This document shows positions 38,907 to 50,851 of a stretch of DNA of 64,000 nucleotides, one piece after another. Each line of letters starts with the position of its first letter. The first letter of the stretch is position 1. A program made the position numbers and the translations under genes. Below the pieces are notes generated by a model. That model was not told where the DNA came from and did no database searches. It saw nothing but the letters and a program-made list of their open reading frames with translations. Origin of the DNA: Somniosus microcephalus (Eukaryota); assembly GCA_052327205.1 (NCBI GenBank), contig CM126216.1, positions 86,304,001-86,368,000 on the forward strand, read 5' to 3'.

Positions 38907-39131
38907 GTCTTGGTTCGGATCGGTCATGGCCCTGTGGGTAGCGGAGCGGGCCCAGGGGCCGTGTAGCCTGATCCTGCTCCTATTTCGTGTCTCTAATTCT
39001 GTTAGATTCAGGAGATGGTTCTGTGATAGTGGATTGGCGGTTAGGATCAGATCAGCCATGATCTTATTGAATGGCGGAGCAGGCTCGAGGGGCCGATTGG
39101 CCTACTCCTGCTCCTATTTCTTATGTTCTTA

Positions 39132-41225
39132 TGCCAACCTGGAGCAGGTGCTCACTAGATTGCAGGAATATGGGCTCCGAGCTAACTGCCCCAAATGCGA
39201 GTTTTTTAGAAAACAGATCTCGTATTGTGGCCACGTTATCGATAGAGGGGTTACATAAGTCCCCAGAGAAGATTGAGGCAGTAGTCAAGGCTCCAGCACC
39301 GGAAAATGTGTCACAACTGAGGTCGTTCCTCGGGCTGGTAAACTACTACCATAAGTTCTTGCCAAATTTGTCCACGGTATTACACCCACTGAACACCCTA
39401 CTGCAAACTGGGGTGCCATGGAAGTGGAGTGACGAATGTAGACGAGCTTGCCAGAAGAGCAAAACACTAATCACATCGAAAGAGGTATTGGCCCATTACA
39501 ACCCGGCATTACCAATTCGGTTGGCATGTGATGCGTCACCCTATGACATTGGAGTGGTGCTGTCGCACAAATTCTCGGACGGCTCAGAGAGGCCAATCGC
39601 CTTTGCGTCACGATCACTAACCTCAGCCGAGCGTAACTACGCCCAGATTGACAGGGAGGCCCTCAGCCTAGTGTGGGGAGTGAAAAAGTTCAATCACTAT
39701 CTGCACGGGCAGAAGTTCACCTTGCGGACTGACCACCAACCACTTGTCTCCATCTTTAATCCAAAGAAGGGCGTTCCGGTGATGACTGCGCAACGGCTAC
39801 AAAGATGGTCCCTTTTTCTCGGGGCGCACCAATATGAAATCGAGTATAAGGGCACGAAACAGCATGGAAACGCTGAAAGGCAATCACGCCTGCCACTGCC
39901 TACTGCGGAGGAAGCACCTGCAGTGGATCCTGTCGAAATATTTCATTCGACTATAATTGAATGCTTGCCAGTACCTAACGCTGGTATAGAGAAGGAGACC
40001 CGAAATGACCCGACACTGTCTCGGGTATATGATTTGACGGTGAAGGGATGGCCAGCACATGGCGACTCACTGTTGCCAGCATTCTCATCCAGAAGAGAAC
40101 AGCTGTCGGTATGCCAGGGGACCTTGATGTGTGGATCCTGAGTGGTAATTCCACCCAAGTTAAGGGAGAGAGTGCTCGATGAGCTTCTCAAACGTCATCT
40201 GGGAGGGGTGAAAATGAAAAGCCTTGCTAGGGCTTATGTGTGGTGGCCGGGGATCGATCAGCAAATCGAGGACCTGACAAAGAGCTGCTCAGGATGCCAG
40301 AAGGTCCAAAATGCACCACCACATGCCCCTCTACGCCCATGGGAGTGGCCCTCATCTCCATGGCAACGGGTGCATATTGATTTTGCTGGTCCATTCATGG
40401 ACTCAATGTTTTTAATAGCCGTGGATGCGCACTCGAAATGGCCTGAGGTCATCAAAATGTCCTCCACCACCACGGACCATTTTTGCCAGGAATGGCTTGC
40501 CAGAACAGATTTGCTCCGACAACGGACCACAGTTTGTGTCCGAAGAGTTCCGGAGGTTCTTGAAAAAGAATGGGGTAAGGCATTACACATCCGCCCCGTA
40601 TCATCCAGCCACAAATGGATTGGCTGAGAGGTTCGTACAAACCTTTAAGAAGGCAATAAAGGCTATGTACAATGACAACATTCCGCTGCAGCACAAGGTG
40701 GACAATTTCCTGTTCGCCTACCGGAATGCGACCCATGCAGTCACCAACCAGGCCCCAGCCATGATGTTCTTTAACCGAAGGTTAAGATCTCGCCTGGATT
40801 TGCTCAGACCAAACGTATGAAGAGATGTTGAGAGTAAGCAATTCCAGCACATCCATGAGAAGCCAACAAGGAGCTTCAATGTAGGGCAGCCAGTCTTGGC
40901 CCGCGACTACTGAACAGAAAAATGGCAGCCAGGAACGATATGCACACGGCAGGGCCCACTAATGTACACAGTGGACGTTGGGGAGAGCATCGTGAGACGC
41001 CATGCTGACCAGATCCTAGTGTCACAGGAACAAGCCAACCCCATGCCTCGCCCATACGTACCTGGTGATGAACCCGACGTACAGGTCGCATCTACCCCAG
41101 AAACAGTAGCATCGGAAGCTGATGAACCAACCGACGACAGGGGCCAGAATCGCCTCCGCACCAAGAGCAAGACACTCGGGAAAGGCGCTATCCAGAAAGG
41201 ATCAGGAAGCCTCCCCAAAGACTGA
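39132..41225 (+). pseudogene. Gypsy pol remainder: RT end, RNase H, integrase (stop and frameshifts)
   Basis: LRSFLGLVNYY, LACDASPY, ERPIAFASRSL, TDHQPL, YVWWPGID...CSGC, RVHIDFAGP, SDNGPQF, NGLAERFV. Confidence 0.93.
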
Positions 41226-41342
41226 ATTTATAAATAGACTATTTTCAGCTAATGTTGCATGTTAAAAGTGTTAATTGTAATTAGTTTGATATTTAATTGT
41301 TAAATGAGTGTTATGGTACTGTTAATCTAAAAGGGGAGGAAT

Positions 41343-41558
41343 TGTAATGTATGTACCTTTTTAAGGGAGAGAACTACTTTTTACAGCTCCTGTATACTGT
41401 AGTACCGGCAGTGACCACACCTGTATATTAACCCTGAGTAGTGATCTGTACAATTAGTTCTAGAGTAACCCTCATTCAGTAAACACCTGTTGAATCGTTC
41501 CCTGCAGTCTGTTGTCTGATTATTGAAGGACACAACATTAAGATACACGGATCTAACA
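41343..41558 (+). repeat. 3' LTR of Gypsy element
   Basis: Near-identical to 31188-31403, preceded by a polypurine tract. Confidence 0.95.
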
Positions 41559-41571
41559 ACTATCACACCCC

Positions 41572-42887
41572 AAGCAGCGACAGGATCGGACAAAGTCAAC
41601 ATGGATTTACAAAAGGTAAATCGTGCTTGACTAATCTACTGGAATTTTTTGAGGATGTAACTGGTAAAATAGATAAGGGAGAACCAGTGGATGTGGTGTA
41701 TTTGGACTTTCAGAAGGCTTTTGATAAGGTCCCGCATAAGAGATTAGTATGCAAAATTAAGGCACATGGGATTGGGGGCAAGGTAGTGACTTGGATAGAG
41801 AACTGGTTGGCGGATAGAAAGCAGAGAGTTGGAATAAATGGGTCGTTTTCCGAGTGGCAGGCAGTGACTAGTGGGGTACCGCAAGGATTGGTCCTAGGAC
41901 CCCAGCTGTTCACAATATACATTAATGATCTGGACGAGGGAATTGGATGTAATATCTCCAAATTTGCAGATGACACAAAGCTGGGTGGGAGGGTAAGCTG
42001 TGAGGAGGATGTCGTGAAACTCCAGTACGATTTGGACAGGTTGGGTGATTGGGCAGAAACATGGCAAATGCACTATAATGTGGATAAATGTGAGGTTATC
42101 CACTTTGGTGGCAAAAACAGGAAGGCAGATTATTATTTGAATGGCAATAGATTGGGAGAAGGGGAAGTGCAAAGAGACCTGGGTGTTCTTGTGCACCAGT
42201 CGCTGAAGGTAAGCATGCAGGTGCAGCAGGCGGTTAAGAAGGCAAATGGTATGTTGGCCTTCGTAGCAAGAGGGTTCGAGTACAGGAACAAGGATGTCTT
42301 GCTGCAGTTGTACAGGGCCTTGGTGAGACCACACCTTGAGTATTGTGTGCAGTTTTGGTCGCCTTCTCTGAGGAAGGACGTTCTTGCCATGGAAGGAGTG
42401 CAGCGAAGATTCACCAGGCTGATACCTGGGATGGCAGGAATGACGTATGAGGAGAGATTGTGTCGATTGGGCTTATACTCATTGGAGTTTAGAAGATTGA
42501 GAGGGGATCTCATCGAAACCTATAAAATTCTGTCAGGCCTGGACAGACTAGATGCAGGAAGGATGTTTCCGATGGCCGGGGAGTCCAGAACCAGGGGTCA
42601 TAGTCTAAGGATAAGGGATAAGCCATTTAGGACTGAAATGAGGAATTTCTTCACCCAGAGAGTGGTGAACCTGTGGAATTCTCTGTCACAGAGGGCGGTG
42701 GAGGCCAGTTCATTAAATATATTCAAGAAGGAGTTGGATATATTTCTTAAGGCTAAAGGGATATGGGGAGAAGGCAGGGACAGGGTACTGAATTTGGATG
42801 ATCGGCCATGATCTTATTGAATGGCGGAGCAGGCTCGAGGAGCCGAATGGCCTACTCCTGCTCCTATCTTCTATGTTTCTATGTTTC
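41572..42887 (+). mobile_element. 5'-truncated CR1 LINE (RT + tail)
   Basis: ORF 41627..42811 with YLDFQKAFDKVPH and KFADDTK; (ttctatgt)n tail; highly similar to the reverse complement of 59034-60353. Confidence 0.93.
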
Positions 42888-43669
42888 CAGCCCCTACGTT
42901 TCCAGCTGCTACATCAGTCATGTGTGATCCATTCCCAGCTATCTGCCCTCCCCAACCTACCTCCAGCCGTCGCCCATCCTGTCCCCCTTCTATCTTGCCC
43001 ATGTCCCCATTTCCACCCCACATCTTCCCTGTTTCTGGCCATCCACTTGGAACCAGCCTGAAGCTGGTTTTAAGCACAGAAAACTTCTTGAATGTGGTGT
43101 GCTAGTATACAGTTAGTGAATACAGTAACAGCATATTTTGCACTTAAAAATTGTTTTCAGATTGGGCTACATCCTCCCATATCTGTTCTAGTCCCAATGC
43201 TACCATACTTTTGTGCCCATCTCAATTCTCCAAGATCCAGAGACCTTTTTCCCTCCCTAGTGCTACCAGACCTGGAAAACCTCTCTGCTATCATTTCCAG
43301 ACAATGATCATTTCTTCCACTACTTCTCCCCAATACTCCCAGAGCATACGACCACACTTGCAGTGCTTCCAGACTCAGATCTCCACTTAATGCAGCCCTC
43401 CATTAGTGCTCCAGGCCTGGACACGAACCAGTGCTGCCAGATCTTGGGACTTTCTCTCAATGCTGACCGAGCCTGCCACCATATCCAATTCTTCCAGACC
43501 GCACATGCGCACACACACGTGCACAGTCACAGTTGCTATATAATAGGACCCTCCCCACCCATCTGCCCAAACTTCTGCCAAACCCTGGTGCCCTCCACCC
43601 ACCACTTTACTACTGCAGACCCCAGGATTCACCCAGTAAATAATAAAAGGACTGGATTGTGTATCGACT

Positions 43670-44105
43670 GATACAGTGTTTCAGTTTGACAGATTGGAGA
43701 GGACATGCATTTAAACCACATGAGTAGGAATAGGTTAGATGTTAGGTGGTTCTTTTTCCAGAGAGTAGTGGACCTTTGGAATAAGTTGCCAGCTTGTGCG
43801 ATATGTACTGACTCTCGGCACACCTACAAAAGAGAGCTGGACTGGTTCTTGACTGCCACAGAGATTGCATCTTATAAAAGGTAAGCGATTTACCAGTTAT
43901 CATGGTCAATGTGCTTTCCTGGACTGGTTTTGATTGCTTGGTGGGGTCGGAGAGGAATTTTCCAGATTTTGACCCTTTTTGGCACTGGGTTTTCTTGTTT
44001 TTGAGGTGGTATCTAGTCATGATGCTCCAGGCATCATGAGAGTGGGACAGGCTTGATGGACCAGCTGGTCTTTTCCTTCCTGTCAGTTTTGTACGTTTGT
44101 ATGTA
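43670..44105 (-). mobile_element. Possible CR1-group LINE 3' fragment (strand uncertain)
   Basis: ttctttttccagagagtagtggacctttggaataagttgcca resembles the FFxQRVVxxWNxLP motif, which reads on the + strand, so orientation and extent are tentative. Confidence 0.4.
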
Positions 44106-45920
44106 TCTGTGTGCACCTCATCTCGGCTTTTTCCATTAGAATTTCCTGTGCCCACATTTATAAATGAAACTGGCAATGTAAACTTTTAATGTAATTAAAC
44201 CCTCCTGATACGGGTGCTGCAATTTCCATTATAAATATGGACATAGGAATTCATAATGGAAATCATTAGGTGGAGATAGCTTCCAGGTTGGCAACTCCCT
44301 AACTGAGCTCCTCTTAACTCTATCTATGGCCATCCTTTGCCCTTTTCCCCCAGTCTCCTGTCATCCACTGCTGAAGACACTCTGCTTTTTATTGTGGGTA
44401 CATTTTAGCTCTATTTACAAGTTCAAGCTACAAAGTACACCTATCTGTACAGGGCATATTGCTCACCCTCAGCAGCTAGGATGAGCAATATACCCTGTAC
44501 AGATAGATAACTCTGCCATCAGCAGTGCACTGCTCCGCTAGACTACACTGCTGTGACAATCAATCTCTTCAAGTTTAAGGTAACCTGTTCCAGCCTACAG
44601 TGCCCATCCCCTAACCTGCTGAGCTTCAGGACATTACTTCAGTGCATTGCTGGTTTCTTAGCTTTACTCTGTTGCGGTGTTGGGTCTCACCCAGAAATTC
44701 ACTTCTTCCTGGATTCCATTTCTTCCCTGGCTTCTGGGTTTTACTCTTGACACCCACATTCGCCACCATTTTCGACTGAGACTATTCTCTGGACTGCCTC
44801 AATTACACAGAATGTACAGCATAGAAGCAGGCCATTTGGTCCAGCTGGTCTATGCCAATGTTTATGTTCCACACGAGCTTCCTCCCACCCTACTTCATCT
44901 AACCCTATCAGCAGAACCTTCTATTCTTTTCTCCCTCATGTAATTATCTAGCTTCCCCTTGCAGTACCTAGCTACTCTACACAGAGCTAACTATGATCCA
45001 TTCCTGCTGGTTCCCATCCTGCTCTGGATTCTGCTGCTATGCTCCCGATTCTCTACTTTGCTGAAATCTGTTTGCTTCCTGTGGCTGCGGATTCTGCTCT
45101 ACTCCACTCAATCTTCAGAACTCTGCCATCACTCTATTGGATTGGGTTGGACCAGCTTCTCAAACTGCTGCTGCTCCCAATCTTCCATGCTCCTCTCTAC
45201 AACTGTTCTTCAGACCAGTTCCCCCATCTGCACTGATCCCCGGGATTTACCTTTCACCCTCCCCTGGATCCCTGGACTTCACTTAGTTTTCGAGTTTCAA
45301 TTCCACTGACGGGGGAATATTTTTTAAACTTCAACCTTGAAAGGAAAGGGAATATTGTGGATGTATATTAGATACCAAGTGGAATAGAAAGAGTTCATCT
45401 TGAGTACTATTTCATTAAATGACTGAAATGCAAAAAGACATAGGTTAAAAACTGGTAAAAGGCAAGTTTGGTACTGATTAAATCCTGGAATAATCATCTG
45501 TGTAGGGCAGTGGAGACAAATTATTGCATCATTGAAGATGCAGTTAAATACCATGACTGGGTGGGGTGGGGTGGGGTGGGAGAAATTGTACTTTTTTTAT
45601 AGAAGGATGAGCTAAATTCATCAAATGGATTCTCCCATCTGCACTTACCTTTGTGATATTGGTATTTTAGCTAAGATGTTTAAATGTGAATCTGCAAAAC
45701 ACATCTTCACACAAAGGGTTGTCAGAATGTGAAATGCTTTTCCCAGGTCATAGATGTCTAGTCAATTGAAGTATTTAAAAGCGGGAGAGATACTTACTTG
45801 GGAAGTAAGGATACTAAGGAATATGGAGAAAAGGCTGGAAATTGAGATTAAAAAGACAGATTGGCCATAGCTAATAAAAATCTGCAGCTGGTTCAATGAG
45901 CTGAATGGATAATTTCTGTT

Positions 45921-45923
<3 letters not shown>

Positions 45924-45957
<34 letters not shown>
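45924..45957. repeat. (TA)n microsatellite
   Basis: Uninterrupted TA run. Confidence 0.95.
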
Positions 45958-45959
<2 letters not shown>

Positions 45960-46519
45960 GTCTGTTCAGCTGTTTTGTGCAACTTTTAATAAATACTTAC
46001 ATATTACAATTGCCTTTTTTAAAGAAATACATCTTTGGTATTGGACAAAATAGAAAAAGAATTAAAGCAATAAATGCTTAGTTCCAGCCTTGGGTGCAAG
46101 ATCGCGTTTTACGATTTCCATACTTCATGTACTTGTTTCTGTATCTCCACCTCCCTATCCTCCTCTAAGGCCCTACTTAAAACTTATTTCTTTGACCAAG
46201 CTTTTGGTTACTGCTCCCAGTATCTCCTCATTTGGCATCTATTTTTCCTTATGACACTGAAGTGCCTTGAATCTTTACGTTCCTGCATTAAAGATGCTAT
46301 ATGAATGCAAGTTGTTTTTGTTGTTGGGTTGAATATTTCAATGGAAAGAATATTTGGCTAGATTACTGCCCAGGCAATGAAGATAAAATTCTACTCCCAG
46401 ATCTCACTGGTTCTAGGCAAGTGCCAACCCTGAAAGGAATGGCTTTTTCTCATTCCATGTTTTCTCATGGTCCTCTCCTTCCTGTCTTCTTTATTCATCC
46501 TTTCTTCATACCACCTTCT

Positions 46520-47925
46520 TAGGCAGTTCTTCGGAACCGAGGATGACTTGCTTCCACACTAAAAATGATTCTCTGGTGTCTGAGTCCAATGCGAGACCTA
46601 GTCTCTGTCACAGGTGGGGCAGACGGTGGTTGAAGGGGCGGGTGGGTGGGGTGCTTGGGTTGACGTGCGCTCCTTCCACTGTTTGCACTTGGCTTCCGCT
46701 TGCTCCCGGCTAAGAGACTCGAGGTGTTCGGCGCCTTCCCGGATGCTTCTCCTCCACTTTGTGCGGTCTTGGGCCTGGGATTCCCAGGTGTCGGTGGGGA
46801 TGTTGCACTTTTTCAAGGAAGCTTTGAGGGTGTCCTTGAAGCATTTGCTCTGCCCACCTGGAGCTCTCTTGCTGTGTCGGAGCTCCGAGTAGAGCACTTG
46901 TTTTGGGAATCTCGTATCGGGCATGCGGACGATGTGGCCCATCCATTGGAGCTGATCGAGCGTAGTCAGAGCTTCGATGCTGGGGATGTTGGCCTGAGTG
47001 AGAACACAGACGTTGGTGCGCCTATCCTACCAATGGATTTGCAGGATCTTGCGGAGGCAGCGTTGGTGGTACCTCTCCAGTGCTTTGAGGTGCCTGCTGT
47101 ACATGGTCCATGTCTCTGAAGCATACAGGAGCGCGGGTATCACTACTGCTCTGTAGACCATGAGCTTAGTGCCGGGTTTGAGGTCCTGGTCTTCAAACAC
47201 TCTCTTCCTCAGGCAACTGAAGGCGGTGTTGGACTTCATCATCGACGTCTGCCCTTGTTGACAGTAGGCTCCCGAGGTATGGAAAGTGGTCGATGTTGTC
47301 TAAGGCCTTGTCGTTGATTTTGATAATTGGGGGGGGCAGTACTGTGTGGCGGGGGCAGGTTGGTAGAGGACCTTTGTCTTATGGATGTTTAGTGTAAGGT
47401 GTTGATGGTTTGGAGTTCGACCTCTAAGTGCGCGCAGACGCAAGCGTCGTCTGCATGCAGTAATTCGATGACTGACAGAGGATGGGACAACCTTGGATCT
47501 GGACTGGAGGTTGAACAGTTTCCCGTTTGTTCTGTAGATTAGCTCCACTGCAGTGGGGAGCTTACTGAGGGTGAGATGGAGCATTGCAGCCAGGAAGATC
47601 GAGAAGAGCGTTGGTGCGATGACACAGCCTTGCTTGACCCCGGTCCGTACTTGAATTGGGTCTGTGGTGGATCCGTTGGTCAGGATCACGGCTTGCATGT
47701 CATCGTGAAGCAGGTGGAGGATGGTGACAAACTTTTGAGGGCAGTCGAATTTGAGGAGGACACTCCATAATCCCTCACAGTTGACAGTGTCGAAGGCCTT
47801 TGTGAGGTCAAAGAAGGCCATGTACAGCGGTTAGTGCTGTTCCCTGCATTTCTCTTGTAGTTGACGCGCGGTGAAGATCATGTCCATTGTGCCCCATAGT
47901 GGGTGGAATCCGCATTGCGACTCTG
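46520..47925 (-). mobile_element. RTE-clade (BovB-like) LINE, 5'-truncated and degraded
   Basis: FFDLTKAFDTVN, TGVKQGCVIAPTLF, TKLMVYRAVVIPALLY, GHIVRMPDTRFPKQVLYSEL...GGQSKCFKDTLKASLK. Confidence 0.9.
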
Positions 47926-48637
47926 GGAGGAGCCTCTTTATTCATCCTTTCTTCATACCCCATGGAAGCTAAGCGACTTATTTTACATTTGCAGCTGTAA
48001 ATGGCGATTACATACAATTTACAACACAGAAACAGACCATTCAACCCAACTGTGTTTATACCAGTGTTTATATTCCACACAAGCTGCCTTCCACTCTAAT
48101 TTCCATCCTGCCATGTATCCCTCATGTGCATCAAGTCTTAAATACATCAGTGCTGTTGGCAGTGAGTTCCACATTGTCACCACTCTCTGTGTAACGAATT
48201 CCTCCTAAATTCTTCATTGTTTGTTGGCGGCTTTTTTATAGTTATGGCCCCTTATTCTGGAACCACCCACAAGTGGAAGTATTTTCTCCGTGTCCACCCA
48301 AATTCCTGGAGATTTTATCAAGCGGCACCTGATCACGTGGCATCTGCTCATGTGAGACCACTTCTCCCCTCGCCCCAAGGATCAATAATATTAGTTTGAT
48401 TACAAACAGAAAACAGCTATCATTTCAAATGTATTTCTTTTTTTTTTGTCTGGGAACTTTTTCCATCAATAGTAAGTGGGCTGGTTAACTGAACCTGATA
48501 GCTATCTCAAAGTGCTGAAGATATCAGATGTTCCTGGTCTTACTGATTTCTGCTGAGTCTCCTAGCCTTACAGAAAATAACACCGACACTAAAAATCCAT
48601 TAGCTCTGCATTGTTTGGTTTTAAAGCATAATCTTGT

Positions 48638-49241
48638 GGGGATGAGGGGATGGACATATGAGGAGAGGTTGAGTAGATTGGGACTCTACTCATTGGAGTT
48701 CAGAAGAATGAGAGGCGATCTTATTGAAACAATATAAGATTGTGAAGGGGTTGGATCGGGTGGATGCAGGGAAGATGTTCCCGAAGATGAGTGAAACTAG
48801 AACTAGGGGGCATAGTCTTAGAATAAGGGGCTGCTCTTTCAAAACTGAGATGAGGAGGAACTACTTCACTCAGAGGGTGGTAGGTCCATGGAATATGCTG
48901 CCCCAAAAAGCTGTAGAAGCTACATCATTAAATAAATTTAAAACAGAAATAGACAGTTTCCTAGCTGATAAGGGAATTAAGGGTTACGGGGAGCGGGCAG
49001 GAATTTGGACATGAGTCTAGGTTCGGATCGGTCATGGCCCTGTGGGTAGCGGAGCGGGCCCAGGGGCCGTGTAGCCTGATCCTGCTCCTATTTCGTGTGT
49101 CTAATTCTGTTAGATTCAGGAGATGGTTCTGTGATAGTGGATTGGCGGTTAGGATCAGATCAGCCATGATCTTATTGAATGGCGGAGCAGGCTCGAGGGG
49201 CCGATTGGCCTACTCCTGCTCCTATTTCTTATGTTCTTATG
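48638..49241 (+). mobile_element. 5'-truncated CR1, same subfamily as 34148-39131
   Basis: Nearly identical to 38542-39133, including the long 3'UTR and (ttcttatg)n tail. Confidence 0.93.
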
Positions 49242-49899
49242 TAGTATAGGATCCTGTAGTATGTTACACACACAAATGTGTGCAATTCAAGTTTCATTGT
49301 GAAACTATCCCAAAGTAAGAAAACATTGATTTTTAGAATATGAACCTTAGTGTTTAGTGGTGGACTGTGTGTGGGGGGCGGGAGTGAGGAGGAGAAAGTG
49401 TTGAATTCACCTTACAAATCTAACTAAAATATTCTTTGGGAACGTGGCTATGCTGATGCTGCATCTGGTGCTGTCAGCAACAGGCCTAATATAGCAGCAG
49501 CACAATAAAAGAAACAACGTGGCATCCAAGGCTCACCAAATGAATTGCTTTCTGTGGCATTTGTTGAGGCAGCGCCAAAAGATGCGAATAAAACCATTGC
49601 TGTTCGCGGTGCATGGGTGCAGGGCTGGGACTGATAGCACCGGCCCCTGGGCTGTGTGGGGCCTAAGATACTTTCCTCCCGGGTTGCCAGCAGTAGCGGT
49701 ACCCCGGGAGATCAATCGTCAATTCCGAGAAGGTTATCAAACCCTCTTCATAGTTTTAAAGACGTGTGTGTCAGGTCTTCACTTTTACACAGAGAGAGAA
49801 AAAAGGCCCCAGCCTGCTCAATCTAGTGACATCCTGTCAATTCTGGTAACTTCTTTCTGCACTTGCTCCCAATATTTTTTTTTAACGGTAGTTTGGCGA

Positions 49900-50760
49900 T
49901 TATTCCGATTGTCATTGAGCCACATCTCCGAGTGACCGATTGCTTTACCCCGCACAATAATGACTGACCGTTGCCGCGCGTCCGTTTTTTCTTTGCCCCG
50001 CACAATGATGGCTGACCGTTGTCGCGCGTCCGGTTTCGTTTTGCCCCGCACAATGATGGCGGTATTTCCGGTATTGGGTGACGCGCTTCCAGTCCGTTGT
50101 GAGGGAGGTTGGGGAGGGCTGTGATTAAATATGGCGGTGCGTAGCGAGGAGAAACAGAGTGGATGCTGTCGCTTCCTGCTGGCTGTTCTGTTGACCGCTC
50201 TAAGGACCTCTTTGGCCACCACGCACTGGATTGTGACCGAGGACGGGAAGATTCAGCAGCAGGTATCGGAGTGGGGGGGAGGCGGAAGAGCTGGCCGCTC
50301 AAGCTGTGATTTGTGGCCGGCTGTGCAGTGATGGTAGAGTCGGGGTAAAAGTTTGCGGGCGGAGTGAGTGTCGCTAGGCCTGCGGTTTGGAGCTCTGACT
50401 GGGCTTCGGGCTCGGCAGAGGAGAGGAGCGGTTCCGTAATGTAACCTGTGACGAGAGAGGCAGGGAGTTCTTTCTGTTTCCCACTAGTGGGGCTGGTTTC
50501 AGTTACTGTTCGATACGAATGTACAGCGCCAGCATCCTTTTTTTGAAAAATAACTTTCGAGTTTCAGCGATTGGATCGGTTTCTGCAACGAGCAGAATTG
50601 AAAGGCCGACATTCTCTGAGCGATGACCAAGTGTCTTTTCCCCCTTCTCTTAGTCTTAAAGTTGTGACAGGAGGAGCGAGATCGCCGCTGTCCCCAATGC
50701 TCGGGTTCTGGACGGTTATTTGAGTTCGATGCCAAGACTGAGAAATGAGAGATTCTTCGT
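49900..50760 (+). promoter_or_regulatory. TTC17: CpG-island promoter of TTC17
   Basis: High CpG density around exon 1; ETS-type atttccggt near 50064; YY1-type aaatatggcg overlapping the ATG; 48-bp triple repeat upstream. Confidence 0.8.
50131..50262 (+). CDS. TTC17: Tetratricopeptide repeat domain 17, first coding exon (signal-peptide-like N-terminus)
   Basis: MAVRSEEKQSGCCRFLLAVLLTALRTSLATTHWIVTEDGKIQQQ|gtatcg; ATTHW(V/I)VTEDGKIQQQ is the TTC17 N-terminal motif; follows API5 as in mammals. Confidence 0.92.
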
Positions 50761-50819
50761 GTGCCTCTGCCGGGGAGTTTGGCCATACTAGAAAAATGTT
50801 TTTTTTGTGTTTTTATTTT

Positions 50820-50851
<32 letters not shown>

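Larger units (their letters stand above)
34148..39131 (+). mobile_element. Full-length CR1 LINE nested in the Gypsy RT
   Basis: 5' monomer array, ORF1, ORF2, (ttcttatg)n tail; TGCCA on both sides (34143-34147, 39132-39136); removing it restores Gypsy DHLANLEQVL. Confidence 0.95.
31188..41558 (+). mobile_element. Gypsy (Ty3/Gypsy, Mag-like) LTR retrotransposon, complete but disabled, with two nested insertions
   Basis: Two 216-bp LTRs (TGT...ACA), TSD ACTAT at 31183-31187 and 41559-41563, PBS-like tggcgacg after the 5' LTR, purine tract aaaaggggagga before the 3' LTR, domain order gag-PR-RT-RH-IN. Confidence 0.96.

Noticed and set aside
43340-43640. Possible Penelope-like element fragment (ACHHIQFFQT)
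   Set aside because: Only a short motif resemblance with no RT or GIY-YIG sequence visible; too weak to call.
49818-50302. Minus-strand ORFs with repeated IIVRGK motifs
   Set aside because: Translation of the 48-bp promoter repeat in GC-rich DNA; no recognisable protein or splice structure.
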